Both the position numbers and the translations under genes were made by a program. Below are positions 51,799 to 60,497 of a stretch of DNA of 64,000 bases, piece by piece; the stretch's first letter is position 1, and the number at the start of each line of letters is the position of its first letter. This stretch comes from an uncultured Bacteroidota bacterium (GTDB taxonomy: Bacteria; Bacteroidota; Bacteroidia; UKL13-3): contig CAISCU010000006.1 of assembly GCA_903883965.1 (NCBI GenBank), forward strand, positions 4,103 through 68,102, read 5' to 3'. The notes beneath the pieces are model-generated. The model had not been told where the DNA came from. It was given only the letters and a program-made list of their open reading frames with translations, and made no database searches.

Positions 51799-52262
51799 AC
51801 CTTGTTAGGGTGAAATTTGATTTGTAAACCGGTCAAGAAATTTCGTAAAACTTGGTCTTTGCAAACTCGGTATTGCTCTTGTTCTGGTTTCCTAAATAAT
51901 GCACTTAATTCGTGTTTGCTGAATTTAAAATCGGCAAGTGCTAAAATTGCTAAAATGTCTTCGTCTTTTAAATTGAGTGCAATTTTGAGTTTTCTGAAAA
52001 TGGTATTGTTATTCAAACTCTTTTCGGGGTTTGGTAGTTCTCCTTCTTTCTTTCCACGTTTTAAAATGATGAACCCATTTAAAAATGCAGCCAAGTCTTT
52101 GTCGTATATAGGTTGGAACCCTTCATCCTCTTCTTTCTTGAGCCAAATACCTAATTGGTCTTTTTCAATTATAGCTCCACCATCAGCAAAAACATTCAGC
52201 ATCATTGCATCGTTCATATGAAATGCATACCGCAACCTGCGCAAAATATCGTTGTTGTTCAT
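51795..52262 (-). CDS. DUF1456 (YehS-like) protein
   Basis: N-terminal NDILRRLRYAF..., duplicated about 70-aa halves. Confidence 0.65.
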   Translation of the reverse strand: MNNNDILRRLRYAFHMNDAMMLNVFADGGAIIEKDQLGIWLKKEEDEGFQPIYDKDLAAFLNGFIILKRGKKEGELPNPEKSLNNNTIFRKLKIALNLKDEDILAILALADFKFSKHELSALFRKPEQEQYRVCKDQVLRNFLTGLQIKFHPNKV

Positions 52263-52300
52263 GGATCAAAAATAAGAAATTGTTTGAGGATACTTTTAGT

Positions 52301-52825
52301 TTAATGTGCACTTAGCTGAATGAGGAACCCAATCCAAGCTGAGCAAATTAAAATACCAATTATAAAGCCAATAAAAGCATATTTAAAATCAGGTGATTTG
52401 ATATTTTTTATTTTTGAGAATGCAATAATTCCGGAAATAATTGTAATCAATCCAAGTGGGAATGTAATTAAAGTTAGCGGAAAGATAAATACACAAAAAA
52501 GACTGATTAATCCCATTATAAATGTAAATTTAGAAATAGGTCTTAGTTTGGTAATTTCAGGAAAAACTCCTGAGCGGCCATGCCCCTTTTTGGGGTCAAC
52601 AATTTTAATTTTTGGTGTTAGCTGAATAGGTTTTGTTTCTTTTGTTGTTGTGTTAAATTTTACTTGCGTTAATTTTTCTTTTTCATCTAATATGTTCAAA
52701 GTTGGGTTATTGGGCTTTGCATAAACCAACTCGTTTGAAACAAAAATATTCTCTGCTATAGCTGTTTCTGATGTTTCTGTTTGACGACTCAATTTTTCAG
52801 AATCATTTTGATGAACCTTCACCAA
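52301..52825 (-). CDS. Hypothetical membrane protein
   Basis: Two C-terminal TM helices; soluble N-terminal part. Confidence 0.45.
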   Translation of the reverse strand: MVKVHQNDSEKLSRQTETSETAIAENIFVSNELVYAKPNNPTLNILDEKEKLTQVKFNTTTKETKPIQLTPKIKIVDPKKGHGRSGVFPEITKLRPISKFTFIMGLISLFCVFIFPLTLITFPLGLITIISGIIAFSKIKNIKSPDFKYAFIGFIIGILICSAWIGFLIQLSAH

Positions 52826-53084
52826 GTTTAAATTGTAGTGTCTTCCGCTCAGTAAATTGAGGCTACAAGCAGATAAAAAAATCCTGCACTCACTATGAAT
52901 GCAAGAAAATGTTGGGGTTTCATTTTCATTGGTTATTCAAATTTACATACAAGATAGGGTCTATTATACAACAGTGCAAATAAATTTGAACCTGTATCAA
53001 TGCTCCCAAAAGTGTATAAAAAGTGATTGTGCTTTTTATACTTTCCTATAATACCAATGTCAATTATTATTTGCTCATCAATAT

Positions 53085-53510
53085 TTAAATGCCAATATGT
53101 TCAACTACAAATGCTTTGCAGTATTCTTTAATTTGTTCGCGAACAGCCCTGAATTGTGCAGCAATTTCTGCTTCGGTACCAATGGCTTTGGCAGGGTCTG
53201 GAAAATTGTAGTGAAATTTTTGGGCTTGGCTTGGAAAATAAGGGCAACGTTCGTTGGCATTGTCACAAACGGTTATTACAAAATCAAATGGAATGTTTGT
53301 GTATTCATTGACATTGTTTGAAGTATGATGCGTAATGTCTATACCATCTTCTTGCATGGTGGCAATGGCTCTTGGGTTTACTCCGTGTGTTTCAATACCG
53401 GCACTATAAATATGGGTCAGGTCTTTGGCAAAATGTCTTAAATAGGCCTCTGCAATTTGGCTCCTGCAACTATTGCCTGTACAAAGTACCAATAAGTTTT
53501 TCTTTTCCAT
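53085..53510 (-). CDS. arsC: Arsenate reductase, LMW-PTP family (thioredoxin-coupled)
   Basis: CTGNSCRS P-loop; downstream Cys pair ...VCDNANERCPYF. Confidence 0.85.
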   Translation of the reverse strand: MEKKNLLVLCTGNSCRSQIAEAYLRHFAKDLTHIYSAGIETHGVNPRAIATMQEDGIDITHHTSNNVNEYTNIPFDFVITVCDNANERCPYFPSQAQKFHYNFPDPAKAIGTEAEIAAQFRAVREQIKEYCKAFVVEHIGI

Positions 53511-53513
53511 GTT

Positions 53514-53639
53514 TTAAACAAACAACCAAATGATGTTGATGATACTAAATTTTGGGTCAAAGCCAAACCAGAATTGCAATGCAATCACCGATAAGGTAAT
53601 GATGATTGGCTTTTTATATTTGATGATAAATGTTTTCAT
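53514..53639 (-). CDS. 41-codon hydrophobic micro-ORF (MKTFIIKYKKPIIITLSVIALQFWFGFDPKFSIINIIWLFV), not in the ORF track
   Basis: ATG 3 nt after the upstream gene stop; own stop 3 nt before the arsC ATG; one predicted TM helix. Confidence 0.4.
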   Translation of the reverse strand: MKTFIIKYKKPIIITLSVIALQFWFGFDPKFSIINIIWLFV

Positions 53640-53642
53640 TAC

Positions 53643-54122
53643 TTAACAACAGTTAGAACCAGGCGTGCAACATGCAGCTGGGGTAGACGTGATTTCTGCT
53701 AAATTTATTTTTTGTTTTTGAGGATGTATGCCACATTGGTCTTCAGCCAAACAAGCTGTTTGTGTGTTTTGAAGTAAAAAGTAGTTGCCATCAAAAGCCA
53801 ATGCATATTTGCCAATTGTAGCAGATTGGTATTCCACCTCAATTTCTTGGTCTTCTATACCCAATATTTGTTCCGAAAGTTCAATAATTTGTAATAATTT
53901 ATTGGGCATAAGCTGGTGATTCATATCATTGGCAGACCATAATTGAAAATTTACTTTTTTTTCTGTTCGGATAGTGCCTCCACAATCTATGAAATATTTG
54001 CTAGCCATGCCCACTTCGGTAATGTGAAAATGAGCAGGTACAATTGAGCCGTCTTCTAGTTTAAATTTGAGCTCGTTAAGGGTTGGTAAAATGAGTTTTA
54101 CTTGTGACAGTTTCATGGGCAT
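53643..54122 (-). CDS. ars-operon-associated protein (DUF6428-like) with C-terminal vicinal Cys pairs (AACCTPGSNCC)
   Basis: Operon position between arsR and arsC; CC..CC C-terminus resembles the ArsD tail but lacks the ArsD N-terminal CC. Confidence 0.5.
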   Translation of the reverse strand: MPMKLSQVKLILPTLNELKFKLEDGSIVPAHFHITEVGMASKYFIDCGGTIRTEKKVNFQLWSANDMNHQLMPNKLLQIIELSEQILGIEDQEIEVEYQSATIGKYALAFDGNYFLLQNTQTACLAEDQCGIHPQKQKINLAEITSTPAACCTPGSNCC

Positions 54123-54131
54123 ATATTTTAA

Positions 54132-54464
54132 TTAACAACAGGTGTTTTTTTGTTTGGTTAATTTGCCAGCCAATTTTGTAAAATAGGCTTGAATTTTTTC
54201 GATGGCTTTTTCATCTATGCAATAACAAATGGCATTGCCTTCAATATTGCCTTTGATTAATCCAGCATTTTTTAATTCTTTTAGGTGCTGAGAAATGGTT
54301 GGTTGTGCCAAAGGCAATTCATTGACTATATCACTGCAAATGCATGAATCTACTTTTGAAAGGTAGTCCAATATGGCAACTCTGGCTGGGTGGCCAATGG
54401 CTTTTGCAATGTTTGCAATTTGGTTTTGTTTTACTGAAAAATGATCAGACTTAGTGGTGCCCAT
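54132..54464 (-). CDS. arsR: ArsR/SmtB-family metalloregulator
   Basis: CICSDIV metal site next to the HTH (PTISQHLKELKNAGLI). Confidence 0.85.
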   Translation of the reverse strand: MGTTKSDHFSVKQNQIANIAKAIGHPARVAILDYLSKVDSCICSDIVNELPLAQPTISQHLKELKNAGLIKGNIEGNAICYCIDEKAIEKIQAYFTKLAGKLTKQKNTCC

Positions 54465-54495
54465 ATATTTTAATATTGCAATATAAATTAATTTT

Positions 54496-54530
54496 AAAAA
54501 AGGGCTTATGGAATTTCATAAGCCCTTTTA
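54496..54530 (-). terminator. Rho-independent terminator after the LruC-like gene (minus strand)
   Basis: AAAAGGGCTTATG-GAATTT-CATAAGCCCTTTT followed by a T-run on the minus strand. Confidence 0.55.
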
Positions 54531-54546
54531 CCTTTTAGTTTAAAAA

Positions 54547-57500
54547 CTATTTGGTGTAAATTTTTGCATTATTTCTGTACCCGTTTGTATTTAAATACCA
54601 ATCTGTATTTGTAGTGCCATTGCTCATTGCCCAGTTTAAGAACAACAAATAGCCTGTTGAGATATCTTGTTTTTCTTGCATGTAGGGAATTGAAGTAGAA
54701 ATGTCTAATGCCCAAGGCAAATTGTTTTTAGATTTATAGTACCTGCCCTGTTCTGGCATGCTGTTGTCATCGTCTGTGCCAAACCAATCATCATTCATTT
54801 TGTTGGTTGGAACCCTATTTTGTAAATGAAGTTCTTTGCTTCTAATTTGTAATGAATTGGCAGTGTCACCTATTATGATATATGGATTAAAAGCCGATTG
54901 AGGCAATTCACTAATGTTAACGGTTCCACCCGCTGGAGCCACCCCATTGTTTAAAAATTTCACCACAATTGAACTAGTATCATATGGGCTTTTAGGTGCG
55001 CTCATATAAGTATTCACGAAATTTCCATACCCATTTTCAGTAAGCACTTTGTAGATGTCATCAAAAACAATAATGTTGGCATAATCTTGACCACTTTCTG
55101 TGCCATTTAAGGCATTGCTTAACCAACTGGCACCACTTGCTTTTGAACCCGTTACGCTCGTTACTTTATTTGGAGCAATTCCATCCAATTGAAAAGCAAA
55201 GCCATTGTGAAGACCTGCACCCGTGCATCTTGCAACAAATGAATAGTTGATTTCTACTACTTGATTCAAGTTGTTTGTGACAGTATTGGATCTGTAATCA
55301 ACCACAACATCATTGAAGTCATAATCTGCAATGTTTGGCCATAAGTCTTCAAACATTAAGGTTCCATAGCCATCTGCTGGATAATAACTGTTAAATGCTT
55401 TATGAGGATCTTGAGGGTATTCATCCAAACAGTCATTGATGCCATCACTGTCTGCATCGGTATTACATGATCCAGAAATGGTCACTACAATGTAAGCCGT
55501 TGTACTTTGTCCGCCGGTATCATAAATTTTATAACCAATGCTTGCAGTGCCTTCGTAATTTGTAGCAGGAGTAAATTTCACAGAGTAATTTGGATTGATT
55601 GAAAAAGTTCCAACTAGGGTAGAGTCAGGTGCTGTACCGCCAATAAATTCAATTGATGACGCATTGAAAGCATAACTTCCAATTTGATCATTGGTTAATT
55701 GATTGATATTTACTGGTACGTTTAACTGCGTAAACGTAGTATCGTTAACGGCTGTAGGTGGTAAATTGCTGATGGTAATACTTTTGCTCATAGTGGCAGT
55801 TGTACAACCATTGTTTACATAATAATTGATGGTAGCTGTTCCGGGTGCGATACCTTTTACCACACCATTTGAATCAACAGTTGCAACGGCTGGATCGCTA
55901 CTGCTCCAAGTTCCGCCAGTAGTTGAGTCTGTGTAAGTAGTAGTGTAATTAGTGTACAAAGTATTTGCTCCTGTTACCGATGCAATAGAACCTCCTGAAT
56001 TATTAACAGTGAGTGTTTTATTTACTGTGGTAGAGCCACAAGCTGAACTGACAGTATAACTAATGGTAACTGTTCCTGTGTTCACACCGGTTACAATTCC
56101 AGAAGCATTTACAGTTGCAATGCTGTTGTTGCTACTACTCCAAGTACCACCTGTAGTTGCTGTGCTTAAAGTAATTGTACTACTATTACATACACTGTTC
56201 GAACCTGAAATTGGTTCAACATAAATTCCACCGCTGGGTGCCAATGACACTGTAAAGCTATTTGACACTGTTTTTTTGGTGGTGAACCAAGTATTCATTG
56301 TTCTTTGGTTTCCCGCGGGGTCCATCCAACTGTGCTGACCCGCAACGGTTGTAGAACCGCTAACTGGCGCTGTAGCCGGAGTACCTGTTAAACTTGTAGT
56401 TCCACCACTCAAGTTGTTATCATCCCAATACACGGTCATGGTTCCAATTCCGCTAGGTCTGACAATAGAAGCTAAATAGCCATTGGTGTGTTGTTCGGCA
56501 TCATAAACGGGTATATGGAGTGTTCCTACTTTGGTAGCTAGTTCAACTTTTAAATTGGCATTGTTAGATACAGTAGCGCCGAGTCCGTTGAGTCCGTCCC
56601 AAATAACACAATTGTTTCCTCCACTCACATAGGCTTCTAATACCCGGTCAACAGGATCGGTATAAATTCCATTGTTGTTTAAGTCTAACTTTAGTTCTGC
56701 TAGCGCATCTCCATTGATGGTAAAGTTCAAACAATAATTCCCTGGACAACCTGTTATGGAATTAAATGTGGCAGACCTATCACCCTTGGTTGCACTTGGG
56801 TATTCATCATTGTCGGGGTCGTTCAAGAATATTTTGAATTCAGGTCTATCGTTTGGATTGTTGGATCCAAAGTCTTTAGATTTCCTGTCTGTTACAATAT
56901 TTCCTGTATTACCAACCCCAGTTGAATTGGCAAAAATTCTAAAATAATATGGGCTCAAACCATTTAAGTCAACCTCTGTTACAACAGAGTCCTTTGAATA
57001 TACAAATAAGCTACCTACACATACATTCGGAGGGGTATAACCTCCAGTGTTAAATCCCCAATAGTACGACCACAATCTTCCTTTTTTAACATTGGTATTG
57101 CTGGTTCCATTGGCTACAGTTACATCGTAATATTTTAAAAATATTTCAGTAGTATTGGCTGTAGTATTAGAAGTGTTGAATTCTATATAGTAATCCCCGT
57201 TGTAACGAGTGGCTGCATTTGCATTTAAATCCAATTCGATTGGTAAATATCCTCCGGTATTTCCTGTTAAAGTTCTAGGTCCTGTGTTGGCTTCCGACCA
57301 GTTACTAATGTATCCGTTTCCAGAACTAGGAAGCAATGTAGGCCCTGCAACTACTGTACCATCTGGTCTTTTAATTCTATAATAAACGGTTTGGCTTGAA
57401 GTTGTTTTTTGAAAACCAACATAAATTTTTTCAGTGGTATAGTCTTTTACGTGGATGAACAAGCGGTCGTTCTGACTGGTGGCTGTCCAACCAGCAAATG

Positions 57501-57693
57501 TTGATGCAAATCCGCCCAAAGCCGAGCGGTTTACTTGAAGTTCAACATTGTTAATGGATGCAGATGGTGTCATTTCTTTTGTTCCTTCTGCTCTTGAAAT
57601 AACGGCATTTAAAAATAGAATAAACAAGCCCAAGAGCTTAGTATAGAATCGCGTATTTAAATGCATTTTAGAAGGTATAAAATTATATTTCAT
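54547..57693 (-). CDS. LruC-domain-like large surface protein with Ig-like (BIG2) domains and a TSP3-like D-x-D-x-D calcium motif
   Basis: DADSDGINDCLDEYPQDP plus FEDLWPNIADYDFNDVVVDY (LruC-type); two BIG2-like segments; no T9SS C-terminal domain. Confidence 0.55.
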   Translation of the reverse strand: MKYNFIPSKMHLNTRFYTKLLGLFILFLNAVISRAEGTKEMTPSASINNVELQVNRSALGGFASTFAGWTATSQNDRLFIHVKDYTTEKIYVGFQKTTSSQTVYYRIKRPDGTVVAGPTLLPSSGNGYISNWSEANTGPRTLTGNTGGYLPIELDLNANAATRYNGDYYIEFNTSNTTANTTEIFLKYYDVTVANGTSNTNVKKGRLWSYYWGFNTGGYTPPNVCVGSLFVYSKDSVVTEVDLNGLSPYYFRIFANSTGVGNTGNIVTDRKSKDFGSNNPNDRPEFKIFLNDPDNDEYPSATKGDRSATFNSITGCPGNYCLNFTINGDALAELKLDLNNNGIYTDPVDRVLEAYVSGGNNCVIWDGLNGLGATVSNNANLKVELATKVGTLHIPVYDAEQHTNGYLASIVRPSGIGTMTVYWDDNNLSGGTTSLTGTPATAPVSGSTTVAGQHSWMDPAGNQRTMNTWFTTKKTVSNSFTVSLAPSGGIYVEPISGSNSVCNSSTITLSTATTGGTWSSSNNSIATVNASGIVTGVNTGTVTISYTVSSACGSTTVNKTLTVNNSGGSIASVTGANTLYTNYTTTYTDSTTGGTWSSSDPAVATVDSNGVVKGIAPGTATINYYVNNGCTTATMSKSITISNLPPTAVNDTTFTQLNVPVNINQLTNDQIGSYAFNASSIEFIGGTAPDSTLVGTFSINPNYSVKFTPATNYEGTASIGYKIYDTGGQSTTAYIVVTISGSCNTDADSDGINDCLDEYPQDPHKAFNSYYPADGYGTLMFEDLWPNIADYDFNDVVVDYRSNTVTNNLNQVVEINYSFVARCTGAGLHNGFAFQLDGIAPNKVTSVTGSKASGASWLSNALNGTESGQDYANIIVFDDIYKVLTENGYGNFVNTYMSAPKSPYDTSSIVVKFLNNGVAPAGGTVNISELPQSAFNPYIIIGDTANSLQIRSKELHLQNRVPTNKMNDDWFGTDDDNSMPEQGRYYKSKNNLPWALDISTSIPYMQEKQDISTGYLLFLNWAMSNGTTNTDWYLNTNGYRNNAKIYTK

Positions 57694-57725
57694 GAAAAAT
57701 TACTTTAAAGATTGAGCCCTTGAGA

Positions 57726-58130
57726 TTAATTTAAATTGCTTTTGATGTGTATATTATCTGCTAAGGTAAACTTCTCTCTGTTCCCATTTAAATAAACATA
57801 AATGTTTTTGTATTTATTTTGAACAGTTAAGCTTGCCGAATAAGTATTTCCGGCTTTTACAATTGCCTTGTGAAACACCTCAGCATTTTCTCCTTGTATC
57901 AATAAAACACCTGTTTTGCTTGGGTTGATTTCAAAATGAACCGTATTGCTGGTTTGCCATTTAAAGTTTTCTGAAACACTCAACTCATTGGTCTTGCTTG
58001 GCTGCGTATGTTGTACTTGTTTTGGTTTAATTTGTTCCAAATCTCTTTTGCAAGATTGCAGCAGGGCTAAAACAGCAATTGTTGCCACTATTAATAAAGA
58101 CTTAAACTTGATTGAATTGAGCTTTTTCAT
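57726..58130 (-). CDS. Hypothetical lipoprotein, co-oriented downstream of the LruC-like gene
   Basis: Start picked at MKKLNS; lipobox LLQSC. Confidence 0.45.
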   Translation of the reverse strand: MKKLNSIKFKSLLIVATIAVLALLQSCKRDLEQIKPKQVQHTQPSKTNELSVSENFKWQTSNTVHFEINPSKTGVLLIQGENAEVFHKAIVKAGNTYSASLTVQNKYKNIYVYLNGNREKFTLADNIHIKSNLN

Positions 58131-58365
58131 TGAATTGAAATATTGTTCAACTCTACATACCAATTATTTATCCAAGCTGTTTTTCTTTTGTTTAAATAAT
58201 TGCAAAGTGCTGATAAATAATGCTTTGAGATTTTAAGATGAATGGCGTAATCACGGCCAGTAGTCCCAAAATGAAACAAAATACCATTTATGGAATGCCA
58301 TAAAATGATTGATGTGTTTGATGAATCATTTATCATAGTAAAAAATAATCATCAGCTTATCGTCT

Positions 58366-58713
58366 TTGTATAGTTCCCAAAAATTGACTTCAATTTTGGT
58401 AATAAATGATTGTTTGATTTATACAATGATTAAAATTTTAGACTTAAATGTTATTTTTCCGCGAGTTGTTGCATATAAATTTCTTGTAAACGCATTGGTA
58501 TCTGTATTAGTTGTTGTTTTAGGTGGTATGATGTGGGGGGTGTCTGGTATGTTTTTTTCTATTCCATTCTTAGCATTTTTAAAAGTGAGTTTCGATCATT
58601 ATCCTGGTCTTGAATTTTGGGGTAAATTATTGGGTATTCCAGAAAAAAGTCATTGCAAAACAAAGACTGATTTTGGCAAAATGAACCTTTGTTTAGGTCT
58701 CTGTCTCACTTAA
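58366..58713 (+). pseudogene. C-terminal remnant (about 65 aa) of an AI-2E/PerM-family transporter
   Basis: ...LVSVLVVVLGGMMWGVSGMFFSIPFLAFLKV... matches the conserved AI-2E C-terminus; the about 280 upstream residues are absent. Confidence 0.45.
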
Positions 58714-58804
58714 TGATAGGTTTTAGTCTTGAGGCATTTAAATTGAGGTATTCTCTAATTAGAATCAATGTTTGTCATAATCTTCCCATTCTTCCATTTC
58801 CATC

Positions 58805-59354
58805 TTAAAATGGATGAATGAATTCCATTTCATAATGAAATACACAGCTTTTTATCAATGTCAATTTATCAGAATCTTTAAGGTATTCGAATAAATCTTT
58901 CATGAGATGAGGAATATTTTCATGAGGCGGAGCAATTTGTTCAACTTTTGTTCCATGAACAATTCCCATACCTTGTTTTTGTCTATTTTCCAGCACTTTT
59001 AATTAATCCATTCATTAACTGAAGATGTGCTTTAAGAAAACTTTTGTCTGAAGAGAATTTATATGCTTGTAAATTTTCATACACCTGAATGGCATTTAAA
59101 ACTTCCAATACATCTTTTTCAGGGCCAATGACTCTTTTGTTCTCAACCAAAGCAGTAATTTGCTTCTCGGTTAATGTATTGCCTTTAATTTGTAAAGATG
59201 AATGAATGGTTTTAATTCTATTCTGCTTGCGAAGTTGAGGCGTTTGCTTGCTCAAATAATTTGCATTTACTTCTCCATTTTTTTCAGAAATAGATCGTAT
59301 GAATTGTAGAATTTTGGGAGTAATATCATAAGGCGGCTTCATTGATAGCATCAT
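58805..59354 (-). pseudogene. Fic/DOC family gene, frameshifted (two overlapping frames) and truncated right after the HPF of the Fic motif
   Basis: Frames 58983..59354 and 58805..58996 together read a Fic N-terminal half ending ...FHYEMEFIHPF; the rest of HPFx(D/E)GNGR is missing. Confidence 0.6.
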
Positions 59355-59845
59355 TTGATAGCATCAAAGCTACACTTTTTGCCAATGTCTAAAATTTTTG
59401 TTTGGGGGGTGGGGGGTTAGGTACTATGGTGGGTGTGGAGGGAAGAGGTTGGTATAATTGAAAAGAAAGCAATAGTATATGAAAGGGGTTCTTGTTTTTT
59501 ATACACTTTGTCACTTTTAGGTTGCAGTTCAATTAGTACTATATTTTTTAAAGTTCATTGAGTGACTTAAAGAAGTGATGTTTCTATAATCATAATCAAT
59601 TGAGAATTTAAATTAAAGTAACATAACGCATTAAGTATGTATGTTATGTTGGGTGAAGCAGAATGGAGTTATAAGCTGGTTTTAATTGTTTGAATATATT
59701 CAGATACTATGTTTTTTACTTGAGTATATGATTCAGATTTTTGATTACTAGGTTCATTTAAATACAGTGCCCTGTTTACTTCTAGCATGATACTCGAAAC
59801 GTTTTTATTTTTCTGGTAATGTTCCAATGGAACTATAGCTCCTCT

Positions 59846-60442
59846 TTAGGGCCAGTCAATTCCTAAAGTATAACCTGCTTTCTCATAAAAAGAAACCGAT
59901 AGCTCAATCAATTCCTTGCTTGTATGAAAAGCATCCGTTCCAATGTTAAAATCTGGTCTAATGGGGTTTTTATCAAGATCTCTTTCTAATGGTTTGCTAG
60001 GATATGAATGGCAGTCTATTATTATTGCTTTACCAAAGCTTTCTAACTGCTCGTTTACTGCCCTATTCAATTGCTGGTGGTGTTTCCAATAATAGGTATC
60101 TAGGATTCTTTGTTTTAATGCTGGGTTTACATTTCTGATAACTTCACCAACATCACTTTTCTCATACAATACGCCCATTCCAAACTGTGCCATCACTTCT
60201 TGTGTATCATCTGGGAATCTTTCGGGGTCACAAAATATTCTTGAAAATTCGGCCACAATCATCTCATCATCTTTTGATTCAAACAAATCGTCTGTATACC
60301 AATCCGTCAATTTTAAAATCTCTTTTTCAAGTATAGACGAATCTACCAAGTAACCTTCTGTTATTGGTATATGGGTTGATGCATGCGGGATGTGGAGGAT
60401 GAGTTTTTGCATAGGGGGGGTAAGATAGAAATGGATTTTCAA
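59846..60442 (-). CDS. N-formylglutamate amidohydrolase (FGase) family protein, short form (possibly C-terminally truncated)
   Basis: ILHIPHAST..IP and IIDCHSYP motifs; 198 aa, against about 230-290 aa typical for the family. Confidence 0.6.
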   Translation of the reverse strand: MKIHFYLTPPMQKLILHIPHASTHIPITEGYLVDSSILEKEILKLTDWYTDDLFESKDDEMIVAEFSRIFCDPERFPDDTQEVMAQFGMGVLYEKSDVGEVIRNVNPALKQRILDTYYWKHHQQLNRAVNEQLESFGKAIIIDCHSYPSKPLERDLDKNPIRPDFNIGTDAFHTSKELIELSVSFYEKAGYTLGIDWP

Positions 60443-60497
60443 ACGCTATAAAAAATTGGTCTTTTATCTTTTTGATTTTGGATCTAATTTAAATTGA

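Noticed and set aside
53643-54122. Calling the CC..CC protein ArsD
   Set aside because: It lacks the N-terminal Cys12-Cys13 pair and the thioredoxin-like N-terminus of ArsD. Only the C-terminal CC..CC tail is similar.
59395-59450. G-rich tract (GGGGGGTGGGGGG) as a phase-variation switch of a downstream gene
   Set aside because: It is not within or immediately upstream of any intact ORF or promoter I could identify. It is kept only as part of the decayed-zone finding.
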